A DNA stretch of 64,000 bases, taken from the NCBI GenBank assembly GCA_002269645.1, contig NIVC01002600.1:1-64000 (forward strand). The letters run 5' to 3'. The DNA comes from Macrostomum lignano (Eukaryota). Shown piece by piece: positions 1 to 12,450 of the stretch (its first letter is position 1; every line of letters begins with the position of its first letter). The position numbers were made by a program, and so were the translations under genes. The notes under the pieces were generated by a model that was given only the letters and a program-made list of their open reading frames with translations, did not search any database and was not told the DNA's origin.

Positions 1-1241
1 AAGTAAGTAACAAAAACAAAGAAAAACGCTTTAAAAATGCACAAAAATTATTTTAACAAATTCAGCAGTGTTCATAAACCAGTGTTAGGCTAATGTCTAC
101 AAATGTACATGTGTATGCTGACAAACCCTGTCACTCTACACAACAATTAAGTTTAGGAAGCATTAGAATAGCTGGTCTGTCATCTCAGTCACCTGTGGAA
201 TTTGTTGGTGGCCAACCTGGGCATCTCAGTTCTGGATATCCAAGAGCATCACAGAGCATGGACAAAAGTGTGGACATGGCCTCAAGGGCAATTCAAAGCC
301 ACCCTGGCCATATATTACAGTATTGTAGTTGCTTGTACATCTTGACACACAGCACTTCATTGGCCTGACAGCTGGTCTGCAATTAAGCAAAGTTAAAAAA
401 AATGAACTATATGAATAATTACTGGCTTGAGCTTAATTCTTTGCATATAATAAATAACGATCTATCATATTCTAGCTAGGCTAAAGCTATTTTCTAAAAG
501 GGGCCTAGGCCTACTCTAGTTCCCTTCAGTTTCGAATTCCTCAATAGATATTTAGCCAAATGTTATGTAGGCCTAGCATGAATAAATAATATAATTTCAT
601 ATATATGTATATATACACATATACATGTATAAATGAGTAAAAATACAAAATAAGTCTAATTTATAAGCAGCAACAGTAATAGAGGCCTAAGCAAATAGAC
701 ACTAGAATATACTTAATAAACAGCCTTGAACTCTGGCAATAACCAATATGATAGGGCTAAAGCATGTAGTTGCAGTCATACTTATACTTTGCAAGCATGC
801 AATCAATAAAAAATCTAGTTAGTTAGGCAGTTAAGGTTATGCCTAGTTAGAAATCAAATAGTTTTAGGCCTATTAAGTATTTATTACAATAGGTTCCCTG
901 TCAATAAACATTAGTCTTAGTCATAGGCCTAGCCTAGTCAAAAGTAATTTGAAGAAATGTAATAACCTTAAAATACGACAAAACCACAAAGGAATATAAT
1001 ATAGCTAAGTGTTTCTGGTTTTATATTGCAAAATTTGTGAAATAAATAAACTTAAGCTACTGCAAACAGCACATATTTTGATGAAAATCGTGCAATTTAT
1101 CTATCTCGCTAATGTATACGACAACGAAAATCGCCCTTCAACTATTTTTACACGAATCAAGAGTGTAGCGTCCTTATATAACGAAGTGTTCCTAGTGGTC
1201 CTTGGGTGGAGGCAGAGCCTTGGTAAAATTTCTCACCATTT

Positions 1242-1520
1242 TCACAAGTTCAGCTCATCAGATTCTAGGAGATGCATGTCTCCTCGATCGAGCTTGGTAT
1301 ACTGGGTCGCACGCCTGGCTCGTTGTTGTACATCAGGAAAAGCATGATCGTGAGTGCCGGGATCATTACTCGCTACTTCATCAACGATACACCTGAAGCG
1401 CTTGGCAGGCTGCTCTATAGCTAGCACATTTAGTCTGCGCTTCAGTTTTAACAGTCGCACTTCTGCCTATGAAATGGGAGCATGATTGTGATCGCCTTTT
1501 AGTGTCAATTCTTCAGTGCT
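1242..1520 (-). mobile_element. Degraded transposase-like remnant (FLYWCH/MULE-like, tentative)
   Basis: Minus frame reads ..LKGDHNHAPIS*AEVRLLKLKRRLNVLAIEQPAKRFRCIVDEVAS.., resembling the HNH-P-helix end of FLYWCH/Mutator-type DNA-binding domains; internal stop present. Confidence 0.3.
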
Positions 1521-1710
1521 GAACGAAGGACAGCAAGGAGTCGAACTTGACACTAAGAATTTTCGGGTAGAGAGCTGGCGGGAGCTGATTTCCGTTGATG
1601 TAGACGTGCAGTTTTCAAAATTACTCCCGCTGGTCCGGGCTAAAAAGGATGGCTGTGCATTTCGAAGTTGAAGTTGAATCTCGTCGTGCCTGGCAGAGGT
1701 TCTGCAATCT
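1515..1710 (-). mobile_element. Degraded non-LTR (LINE) reverse-transcriptase C-terminal fragment
   Basis: Minus frame SKCTAILFSPDQRE*F*KLHVYINGNQLPPALYPKILSVKFDSLLSFVQH* matches the post-YADD 'K...LF...I.ING..IP....PKILGV.FD..L.F..H' pattern of LINE RTs; several stops. Confidence 0.55.
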
Positions 1711-2065
1711 TTCTGTTACCTAGAAATATAGGATCAGTCGCTTATTGAGATGACTGCTGTTTTTATGAAAAGCGATCCAACACAACCTACGGTAACACGA
1801 AGCGTAGAATAAAAAACGCACACCAAAGTTGCCAAAACTTAGAAATGGTAGGAGTTAATGGATAAAATGTGTATTAAAGTTTTATTTTCACTGAAAAATT
1901 CACCCGAAATCGAATTAGGCTGCGTGTTAGTGCAAAGGAACTCTCTGCCGGTCCGCATTTCCAAAAAAGGATATTAAAAATACAAATATTTGTCCGTTTT
2001 GCAACAAATGGCAAGGATTGTCACTACTAAAATATCACTTTATCTAAAAAAGTCGATGAAATAAA

Positions 2066-3471
2066 TCACTGCTGAACCCATGGCATTCGAGCCCGACTGC
2101 CGCTCAAACTGCTGTGGTATTTGGTAGCGCATTTATCGCACTCGTAGATCTTGGTCGTCAGTGACAGGGCCATGAACGGGCAGCTGAACAGGGTCTCGCG
2201 GTGGCTTCTGGTCTCTCGCATGCAGCCTCTGGCGCCATCGCAGCTAGGCTCTAGTTCTCGGGCTCGCTCATCTCTGCCGCACCTGTCCCGCACCCATTGC
2301 TGAGCCTTTTGAACTGGGAGCGGTCTCTCTTCCTGCTCACTTTGGCTGGAATCGCTGTCGTCTTTGCCATAGAAAGACGTCCACCTGTCCTCATTGTTGC
2401 ACCGCACCAAGTTGCGGCTGCTTCGTCTCTGCGACTGCAGCCGTCGAAGTGAGTCGTTGAGCTTCCGATTGAGCAGCACATTGCTCTCCGCGTGATTGCC
2501 AGCGTAGATCTTATTTGGCTGCTGTTCCTGCATCATTCGTCCATGCTTGTGCTGCTGCAGCAACTGCGGCTTGCAGGCCGTTCTTCTCTGCCGCTGCTGT
2601 CTCAACGGTCTGAAGTCGTATATCTTGCTTTGGTTGGAACTGTTGTCGTTCCAACGCTGCGCAGGGCTGATCGAATCCTCATGGTGCCGTCCTGCGCTGC
2701 GACCGCGCCGGTACCTGTACGGGTTCGCAGTGGGCGACGGTGGCGGCGAAAACACCGGCTGGATTGGCTGCGGTGACATCGAGTCATGTCGGCGACTCCG
2801 ACGCCTGGTCGACTGCTGGCGGTTCGAAGAGTTGGCATCGCGCACTGCCAGTTTGATGAGGCGGTCCCATTGGCGGTTCCCATTGTCTAGAATCCTTGAG
2901 TTAAAGCTGCACTCTGAACTCGGGCTGCTTGTCTGGCTGTGTGTCCGAGTGGCTCCGATGTGACCAAGGGACAAGTACTTGCTGCTTCCGTTGCTGTCAC
3001 TGCAGCTGGCGTCGCTGCTGGCAGATGACTGAAAGCGATGGTGGCCTTTGGGGCTTGGCCGAATGAAGTTCGGCGCCCAGCGGCAGCTTGGTAGTGGCTG
3101 CGATGGCTCGCCGTGGTCGAGGTTGCGCGAGTCCTCAACGACATGATAAAAGCAAGACCGAAACTGGCGTTGATCGTTATATATTTTTCAATATGACTTT
3201 CAATTTGACTTAAAGTCAGTCCTCGAGCTATCTTATCTGTCTTTTTAACATATAAATTGGGTTGCAGCTTCGGGCCATAGACTTTTAACTCCTGTCCTGG
3301 CTTTGAAAATTTTACGATCTTACTTTTGATCATAGATCTTATGATATTTGCCCGTGATAAACGCCAAACGAAAAACGAAAAAATTATACTTTTCATAGTT
3401 AAGTGAGCACGATAAATGTAACAAGAGGTAGCTGGGCTTTGCATGTAGCCAATGAATTTAAAAGTCTTCAA
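2066..3471 (-). CDS. Unknown putative coding region (two overlapping frames, possible single frameshift) with C-terminal Cys/His cluster
   Basis: ORF 2066-2974 is open upstream to about 3200 and overlaps ORF 2887-3471; GC-rich; ends ...CDGARGCMRETRSHRETLFSCP...YECDKCATKYH. No family recognised. Confidence 0.35.
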
Positions 3472-3919
3472 GTTTAACGGATAGTTGGTAGTAATGAACA
3501 GTCATAGCATAAAAAGGAGTTTACCAAATATAGTTTCTTTACAACTGAATGACATGTTTTGTATCATTTACGGACGATTTTGACGAAGTATCTCACCATT
3601 CTGGAAAGCTATATTGATCTCTTCGATAACCTCGCGCTTTCTGTCAGCTAAAAAGGAAGAGAGCCGATTAAAGGATTACTGGATGATTTTCTACTAAACA
3701 ACTACTCAGTGTTGTCTATGAGGTGAAAATATTAAGACTTAACTACCTAAATTAGAGTTAAATTGATGAGAAAGAAGAGAGTGAGATTTAGGGCCCAAAC
3801 AACAATATTTATATCAGACATTAACTCGGGGGGGGGGGTTGAATGCAGATAATAAAGGGAAGGGTGGAGTGCGCGCCTAAAGAGAGAGGCGAGAATGGAG
3901 AGCCAATCAGAAGGCAGCA

Positions 3920-4000
3920 AGGGAGAGAGAGAGAGGAATAACAAGATTGAGCTACTAGACAGAGAGAGGTAGAGAGAGAGAGAGAGAGAGAAGAGAGGTC
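3920..4000 (+). repeat. (GA)n microsatellite, left flank of Penelope-like insertion
   Basis: Direct reading: gagagagagagag runs. Confidence 0.9.
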
Positions 4001-4009
4001 ACGGCGTGT

Positions 4010-4785
4010 TTAAAAAATAATTAAATAAATCTGGGCTACCGGATTCGAGCCTCTGGGCTCTTCGTCAGGCCAAAAAATCTGTGTGTCATGCAATTCAAGT
4101 TGGTCTTTTAAGTATTATTTTTCTTAGTCTGATAGAATTGATGAGTAGTTGTACATATGAGGGATGTACATTTAAAACCCTGTTTTGCCTAGCTCTAACT
4201 TGTCCCAGAGGCTTTCCACCATTAATTTTAAACGACGGTATATTTGTTATAAAAAATTGTTATTTCGAACTATACGATATGCGATACTATACGATTAGAT
4301 GAAATGCCGGTATTGGGGGTAGGAGCATAAAAATCAATATTGAGCGTACAGTTAAGCAGTTTGAATAAAATAAAATAAATGACACGTGAATAAATATTGT
4401 ATTTCAATAGGGTAAAAATAGCGCATTGGTTAAAATGATTCAATGTTTCCTGGCTGAGACTTGAACTTATTGGGAGCCAGGAGGCTCTGTAAGTTACGTT
4501 GCCGTGTAAAAGTGGGCAGTATGCGGGAGCCTGGTTTATTTTGTAGCTTATCAAAGTTTTTAGCAATCTCGTTGGCAAGCCAGACCGTAGATGGGTGAAA
4601 AGGAAAGACCATTGGGATGGGTCGGAGAAGGTGATTGTCGACCCTGATGTTCGTACCTGGCGGTTTGTCAGTCCCCAGTTTTTTAATCCAGATTTCTTCC
4701 CTTAGTTCGATTTTGTTGTTATTAAGAACTTGTTCGATAGCAATGGAGACAAAGTTTGCAATCGAGTGATTGGGGGTGAGAAAGA
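4010..4785 (-). mobile_element. 5'-truncated Penelope-like element fragment (GIY-YIG C-terminus, 3' UTR, hammerhead motif)
   Basis: Minus frame 4783->4430: FLTPNHSIANFVSIAIEQVLNNNKIELREEIWIKKLGTDKPPGTN.., matching the 'HF..PNHS....IEQV....RE..WI..L.T..P.G.N' end of PLE GIY-YIG endonucleases; CTGACGA..GAA motif and AT-rich tail at the 3' end; flanked by (GA)n on both sides. Confidence 0.7.
4031..4073 (-). ncRNA. Degenerate minimal type-I hammerhead ribozyme motif
   Basis: Minus strand: GGC-CUGACGA-A-GAGC(CCAGAG)GCUC-GAAU-CCGGUA-GCC; stem II perfect, stem I 3 bp, but conserved A15.1 appears as U. Confidence 0.55.
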
Positions 4786-4796
4786 GAGAGAGAGAG

Positions 4797-4852
<56 letters not shown>
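4783..4852 (+). repeat. (GA)n microsatellite, right flank of Penelope-like insertion
   Basis: Direct reading. Confidence 0.95.
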
Positions 4853-4857
<5 letters not shown>

Positions 4858-5429
4858 AACAGAGACAAGTGAAGGTGAACTAAAGAAATGACTAAGAAAG
4901 TCGCGACAGTCTGAGCTACACTTGCATGAGCAAGTCAAATGCCAGGCCAAATGTAGCTCTGAGCAAGTGTAGCTCAGAAAACGTGCAGGTTGTCCATAGC
5001 TGCAAGGAACAGTTACTGGACAGTTTAAGAGTTGTCAAATACATGCAAAATGAAAAAATCAAACTATCGGATAAACTATGAAAATGTGTGGCTTAAAATC
5101 TGAAATCACAATATAATCGAATTCTCGGACCTCACGCGAAAAATGATGACCCCGAAATGCGAAAGCGAGCAAACCTTTGATTCATTTGATCAAAATGTGG
5201 CCAGTTATAAGTTAACGATGATCAACTAAAGTTTCCAAATTTCGGCCACTAGTATCCGCTTTCGGACAAGTTCCGGACATGCAATTCCGGCCACTTTTCT
5301 AAATGTACTTTAAATTATGTGGTTCAGACTAGACGCGAATCTTTCTGAGACGCAAACTTTTCGGCACATGGTCGCCACGGCCGCTAATAGACAGTGGGCT
5401 GGCAGCTGTGTGCACCCTGGCACCACTTT

Positions 5430-5760
5430 AAGCGACATTGTCACAACCGGCGAGAGGCATCACTGCCCATTCCGTCGACTCCCCTGAGCAGGCACAGAAG
5501 CACGCTGATACGTACGCAGTCATACGCACAGGCACATTCACACTGGAGTGTACAGCGGCCCTAACTTTATTTATCGTTAGGCATGTACACTTAACTCTGC
5601 CTTGGGGGTTGGCCCTCAAGGCTGTTAACTGCATTAGCAGAGCCAAGCCGAGATTCCAATTTAGCCACAGAACTAATGTGACTGCACTTGGAATCGAGCC
5701 GCGGCCGCTGGGATAAAGAGCGCCGCGCTGGACCACTGGGCTCATGTCTGGGGGCAACCT
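5430..5760 (-). mobile_element. tRNA-derived SINE-like element
   Basis: Minus strand head GAGCCCAGTGG (A-box-like) ... GGCTCGATTCC (B-box-like), followed by body and ATAAATAAA; boundaries approximate. Confidence 0.5.
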
Positions 5761-5970
5761 TGGTAATCACCCTCAATCGTGTAAGTCGCTATTGGACAGG
5801 TAGTAGTCACGTGACTCCTCGCAGCCAATAGCAACCTACATGTGTGTGTTGCCAATAGAAACGGCCAGGGGATTCCCAAGGTTGCGCATGTTTTATTAAA
5901 CAGTCGCTTAGATAGTTTTTGTTTATTAAATAAATACCCCTATCCTATCTATCCTATCTAATCTCCGCAG

Positions 5971-7536
5971 GCAATGAAGTGATCAATATTCACTATCACC
6001 TGACTACTATTTACGACCATTCGATTTTCGAAGCGTTCAGCAAAGTGGTGCAGAAGCTCATCCCGCATATGGGCGCGTTCGAAAGTTTGCTCAATATTTT
6101 CTGCAATGTAAGCCAATCGCGATTTGTTTAGTCTAGACTTTTTAGTATAGTGTTTACTGGAGCAATAACAATGTTATATGATGGGAGAATTATAATAACA
6201 AATATCTTCTATTCCCCTCTTTTCAGAACTCCGGTCTCGAGAAAGCATTCCTGTTCGACGTGGCAACCAAAATTTACATAGCAACAGACCCGTCACCCGT
6301 TGACATGCAGGTTTACGAGCTCTGCTGCGATATGATCGACCTTGTGGTGGACGTTGGCACTATTTACTCAGATGGGTGAGCTATTGGTACATACGTTTGA
6401 ACATCTGTTAAGAACCTCTTTGGCTTTAAAATGGCTTAATCCTAACCTGTAACCCCCATCTCAGAACAGCAGAATCCCCACCCCAGAATAGCAGAATCCC
6501 CACCCCAGAATAGCAGAATCCCCACCTCAGAATAGCAGAATCCCCGTATCAGAATGGCAGAATCCCCGTATCAGAATGGCAGAATCCCCACCCCAGAATG
6601 GCAGAATCCCCACCCCAGAATAGCAGAATCCCCACCCCAGAATAGCAGAATCCCCACCCCAGAATAGCAGAATCCCCACCCAGAATGGCAGAATCCCCAC
6701 CCCAGAATGACAGAATCCCCACCTCAGAATAGCAGAATCCCCACCTCAGAATAGCAGAATCCCCGTATCAGAATGGCAGAATCCCCGTATCAGAATGGCA
6801 GAATCCCCACCCCAGAATGGCAGAATCCCCACCCCAGAATAGCAGAATCCCCACCCCAGAATAGCAGAATCCCCACCCCAGAATAGCAGAATCCCCACCC
6901 AGAATGGCAGAATTCCCACCCCAGAATGGCAGAATTCCCATCTCAGGATTACAGAATCCCCACCTCAGAATGATAGAATCCCCAGATCTGAGAACAGCAG
7001 AATCCCCAGATCTGAGAACAGCAGAATCCCCAGATCTGAGAACAGCAGAATCCCCAGATCTGAGAACAGCAGAATCCCCAGATCTCAGAACAGCAGAATC
7101 CCCAGATCTCAGAACAGCAGAATCCCCAGATCTCAGAACAGCAGAATCCCCAGATCTCAGAACAGCGGCATCCCCAGATCTCAGAACAGCGGCATCCCCA
7201 ACCACCCGCAGTCCGGAGCTGGCAGACGAGTCGGCCGGGTTCAGCGAGGAAACGGCCGCCTCCATCCGCCTTGACAACAGCACAGTGCTGCTGCTGCGCG
7301 GCGTCGATCGCCGCCTGGCTTTGGTCTGCGTGCTCCGCGAGGAGGGCATGGACAGGCAGGGCATTATCGAGTACAATTTCCAGCGAGTTCGCCAGGGCCT
7401 GCAGAAGGTGCTCAGCTTTCGGCAGCCGGGCGCGGCCTCGCCAGCCACCGGGCCGCAGCAACTGCCGGGCGTGTTGAAGAGCATCGAAGCTTCGCTGACA
7501 AACAGACAGCAGCAGCAGCAGGGAGCCAAAGCTTGA
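5971..7536 (+). CDS. RRAGC: Rag C/D (Gtr2-type) GTPase, 3' exons only: 5971-6107, 6227-6375, 7212-7536
   Basis: Spliced translation ..[30 protein letters not shown]|[42 protein letters not shown]..|..[30 protein letters not shown].. matches RagC/RagD; GT-AG sites, phases 0 and 2 consistent. P-loop exons not found in the window. Invertebrates usually have one C/D gene. Confidence 0.93.
6455..7200 (+). repeat. Minisatellite, 23-bp unit CAGAATAGCAGAATCCCCACCCC grading into 24-bp CAGAACAGCAGAATCCCCAGATCT (RagC last intron)
   Basis: Direct reading; last unit runs into the acceptor ACCACCCGCAG. Confidence 0.95.
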
Positions 7537-7771
7537 GAATTGAATTGCCGAATCTAATTATCGCCCGCACCCGGACAGCGATCTCGTATTTTATATAAGT
7601 GCCGAATTCCATTCTGATGTAACGGGCGCTTGCTCAGCATCTTGATCCCAAATCAGATACTGAGAATCCCGGTTTACTTCAAATTTCAGATCCCATGCAA
7701 ACATTTTCGATTAGAAAGCTGCTGATCAATATATCAATATTTTTAGAAGTTTTAATAGTTAGAAAACTTCT

Positions 7772-9200
7772 AAAAATCCCTATTTCCCCAAGTCAATATC
7801 TCAGATCCCAAAGCTTCAGGTAGAAAATCCCTATTTCCCCAAGTCAATATCTCAGATCCCAAAGCTTCAGGTAGAAAATCCCTATTTCCCCAAGTCAATA
7901 TCTCAGATCCCAAAGCTTCAGGTAGAAAATCCCTATTTCCCCAAGTCAATATCTCAGATCCAAAAGCTTCAGGTAGAAAATCCCTATTTCCCCAAGTCAA
8001 TATCTCAGATCCCAAAGCTTCAGGTAGAAAATCCCTATTTCCCCAAGTCAATATCTCAGATCCCAAAGCTTCAGGTAGAAATCCCTATTTCCCCAAGTCA
8101 ATATCTCAGATCCCAAAGCTTCAGGTAGAAAATCCCTATTTCCCCAAGTCAATATCTCAGATCCAAAAGCTTCAGGTAGAAAATCCCTATTTCCCCAAGT
8201 CAATATCTCAGATCCCAAAGCTTCAGGTAGAAAATCCCTATTTCCCAAAGTCAATATCTCAGATCCCAAAGCTTCAGGTAGAAAATCCCTATTTCCCCAA
8301 GTCAATATCTCAGATCCCAAAGCTTCAGGTAGAAAATCCCTATTTCCCCAAGTCAATATCTCAGATCCCAAAGCTTCAGGTAGAAAATCCCTATTTCCCC
8401 AAGTCAATATCTCAGATCCCAAAGCTTCAGGTAGAAAATCCCTATTTCCCCAAGTCAATATCTCAGATCCAAAAGCTTCAGGTAGAAAATCCCTATTTCC
8501 CCAAGTCAATATCTCAGATCCAAAAGCTTCAGGTAGAAAATCCCTATTTCCCAAAGTCAATATCTCAGATCCCAAAGCTTCAGGTAGAAAATCCCTATTT
8601 CCCCAAGTCAATATCTCAGATCCCAAAGCTTCAGGTAGAAAATCCCTATTTCCCCAAGTCAATATCTCAGATCCCAAAGCTTCAGGTAGAAAATCCCTAT
8701 TTCCCCAAGTCAATATCTCAGATCCAAAAGCTTCAGGTAGAAAATCCCTATTTCCCCAAGTCAATATCTCAGATCCAAAAGCTTCAGGTAGAAAATCCCT
8801 ATTTCCCCAAGTCAATATCTCAGATCCCAAAGCTTCAGGTAGAAAATCCCTATTTCCCCAAGTCAATATCTCAGATCCCAAAGCTTCAGGTAGAAAATCC
8901 CTATTTCCCCAAGTCAATATCTCAGATCCCAAAGCTTCAGGTAGAAAATCCCTATTTCCCCAAGTCAATATCTCAGATCCCAAAGCTTCAGGTAGAAAAT
9001 CCCTATTTCCCCAAGTCAATATCTCAGATCCCAAAGCTTCAGGTAGAAAATCCCTATTTCCCCAAGTCAATATCTCAGATCCCAAAGCTTCAGGTAGAAA
9101 ATCCCTATTTCCCCAAGTCAATATCTCAGATCCCAAAGCTTCAGGTAGAAAATCCCTATTTCCCCAAGTCAATATCTCAGATCCCAAAGCTTCAGGTAAA
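7772..9200 (+). repeat. Minisatellite, 51-bp unit, about 28 near-identical copies
   Basis: AAAATCCCTATTTCCCCAAGTCAATATCTCAGATCCCAAAGCTTCAGGTAG; 17-aa periodicity in the ORF track. Confidence 0.97.
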
Positions 9201-9949
9201 AATTCCCCTTTTCCTATTCCCTTTTTTGTTTCAAAACGGCTATTAAACAGAAAATAAGTTGATCGAGAAAGCTTGTCAATCAAAAATTTCGATTTCCCAG
9301 TCAGATTCTACTTGTAAAAGTATTATGCGTCAGTAGTATAGTGTAGTCCGTCATTTTTAAAAGTACGAGCGTATGTATATCCGTGCTATGAATTGTGCCG
9401 GGTTATCAATTCATTAAAATTGATTGTCCCAAAGTCAATATATTTTTTCAACTATTAACACGGCCGGCGTTTAGGTTGTTTGCTTTTTTTACTTGCAGTT
9501 GTCTCTGGATTTCCTTTGCTCATTATTATTATTGTTATTTTAGATTTTCGACTATTTTCCATCTCGGTATGTTTCTTGGAATCGGCTTAAGTCTGTTTCT
9601 ACAGTACTGTTTGTGTATGATTAAAAAACAAATTATGTATAGTCCAATCATTTTTTGCATCAATTCTGTATATACATGTCCAATCATGTATTGTAAATGT
9701 TTTGCACGATTGATTGGTTGATTTTTTTCGATTACTTTTTTGCCTATGTCAATATTCTGTATTATGCAGTACATTAATTAATTAACATAAGTAATATAGT
9801 ACACGTTCTAATAAATCCTGTGATTGCAGCACATGCCAGTTGCGTCAATTTGCATATCAATTTTTTATCGAATGCGAGCTAGAATTACTTTTTTATGTCT
9901 TTGGCATTTGACGTAATTACCTAAAACAAATGCATATTCCTGTCCCTCT

Positions 9950-11785
9950 CACCGACCCACAACTCTTACCCCTCTCACCCTCCACCCATACTTCTACCCC
10001 TCTCACCCACCCCACACTCCTATCCCTCTCACCCACCCCACATTCCTATCCCTCTCACCCATCCCACAGTCCTACCCCTCTCACCCACTCCACATTCCTA
10101 CCTCTCTCACCCACCACACATTCCTACCCCCTCACCCACCCCACATTCCTACCCCTCTCACCCACCCCACATTCCTACCCCCTCACCCACCCACATTCCT
10201 ACCCCTCTCACCCACTCCACATTCCTACCCCTCTCACCCACCACACATTCCTACCCCCTCACCCACCCCACATTCCTACCCCTCTCACCCACTCCACATT
10301 CCTACCCCTCTCACCCACTCCACATTCCTACCCCTCTCACCCACTCCACATTCCTACCCCCCTCACCCACCCTACATTCCTACCCCTCTCACCCACCCCA
10401 CAGTCTTACCCCTCTCACCCACTCCACATTCCTACCCCTCTCACCCACCCCACAGTCTTACCCCTCTCACCCACTCCACATTCCTACCCCTCTCACCCAC
10501 TCCACATTCCTACCCCTCTCACCCACTCCACATTCCTACCCCTCTCACCCACTCCACATTCCTACCCCCCTCACCCACCCTACATTCCTACCCCTCTCAC
10601 CCACCCCACAGTCCTACCCCTCTCACCCACTCCACATTCCTACCCCTCTCACCCACTCCACATTCCTACCCCTCTCACCCACTCCACATTCCTACCCCTC
10701 TCACCCACCCCATACTTCTACCCCTCTCACCCACCACACATTCCTACCCCCCTCACCCACCCCACAGTCCTACCCCTCTCACCCACTCCACATTCCTACC
10801 CCTCTCACCCACCCCATACTTCTACCCCTCTCACCCACCACACATTCCTACCCCCTCACCCACCCCACATTCCTACCCCTCTCACCCACTCCACATTCCT
10901 ACCCCTCTCACCCACCCCACATTCCTACCCCTCTCACCCACCCCATACTTCTACCCCTCTCACCCACCACACATTCCTACCCCCCTCACCCACCCCACAT
11001 TCCTACCCTCTCACCCACCCACAGTCCTACCCCTCTCACCCACCCCACATTCCTATCCCTCTCACCCACCCCACAGTCCTACCTCTCTCACCCACTCCAC
11101 ATTCCTACCCCTCTCACCCACCACACATTCCTACCCCCTCACCCACCCCACATTCCTACCCCTCTCACCCACCCCATACTTCTACCCCTCTCACCCACCA
11201 CACATTCCTACCCCCCTCACCCACCCCACATTCCTACCCCTCTCACCCACCCCACAGTCCTACCCCTCTCACCCACCCCACAGTCCTACCCCTCTCACCC
11301 ACCACACATTCCTACCCCCTCACCCACCCCACATTCCTACCCCTCTCACCCACCCCATACTTCTACCCCTCTCACCCACCACACATTCCTACCCCCCTCA
11401 CCCACCCCACATTCCTACCCCTCTCACCCACCCCACAGTCCTACCCCTCTCACCCACCCCACAGTCCTACCCCTCTCACCCACCCCACAGTCCTACCCCT
11501 CTCACCCACCCCACAGTCCTACCCCTCTCACCCACCCCACAGTCCTACCCCTCTCACCCACTCCACATTCCTACCCCTCTCACCCACCACACATTCCTAC
11601 CCCCTCACCCACCCCACATTCCTACCCCTCTCACCCACCCCACAGTCCTACCCCTCTCACCCACTCCACATTCCTACCCCTCTCACCCACCCCACAGTCC
11701 TACCCCTCTCACCCACCCCACAGTCCTACCCCTCTCACCCACCCCACAGTCCTACCCCTCTCACCCACTCCACATTCCTACCCTC
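9950..11785 (+). repeat. C-rich minisatellite, 24-26-bp unit CCCCTCTCACCCACCCCACATTCCTA
   Basis: Direct reading; the minus strand is G-run rich. Confidence 0.95.
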
Positions 11786-12450
11786 ATATCTCAATGCCTT
11801 TTACACGGGAATCTTGATTCCTAAGTCTCTTTGGCTACAACTACAATTGCGAACTATTCATATTAATTTATTTTTACCAATACTTGAAGTATAATCTACA
11901 TATAATTGGTAATCTTATTTTTTCGAATTTTATTTCCAGAGGATTAGCACCGGCATTTCATAAATCTATGCTATTTCTGTGCTAAAGGTTTGCCATTTCT
12001 AAACAGATATTTAATTGAGAAAAAATCGATTAGCTACATTACAATAAGAATACGAACTTCCGGGTAGCATGCAGTGCAAATGTCAAACAGCTGCGATTGT
12101 CCTGGCCTGTAAGCTATCCGAATTGAAAAATTCAGTAGATTCGTTTAAATTAGAATTTTGTTAATCCGGATTTTTTTAAATCTTCAAGTTTGCTAAAACG
12201 TACTTTAATGTTGTCCCGTTTGTGTATTATACGGATAAGTGCGTATAACAGTTGCATTCGTGCACATTCTTAACTATATTACTACTTGTAGTAGTACAGA
12301 CACGCAAATACTCGCATACATGTAGGCGCATATAATTATTTTATAGACATGCATTAGCAAAGCAGTTAGCAATTTGATGTGCAGCTTGTGCTAAGCTACT
12401 ACTATTGATATAGTTTTGTGCGCTAAAATAACTTGCGACATTTGATTAGC

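Noticed and set aside
1225-1262. Minus-strand CTGATGA..GAAA hammerhead-like string
   Set aside because: Stem II is only 2 bp with a G-U closing pair and there is no stem I; likely chance.
1850-3830. piggyBac interpretation of the Cys-rich antisense ORF
   Set aside because: No TTAA-flanked TIR pair and no DDD catalytic motifs found.
4900-5400. Possible non-autonomous DNA transposon
   Set aside because: No matching terminal inverted repeats or target-site duplication could be identified by eye.
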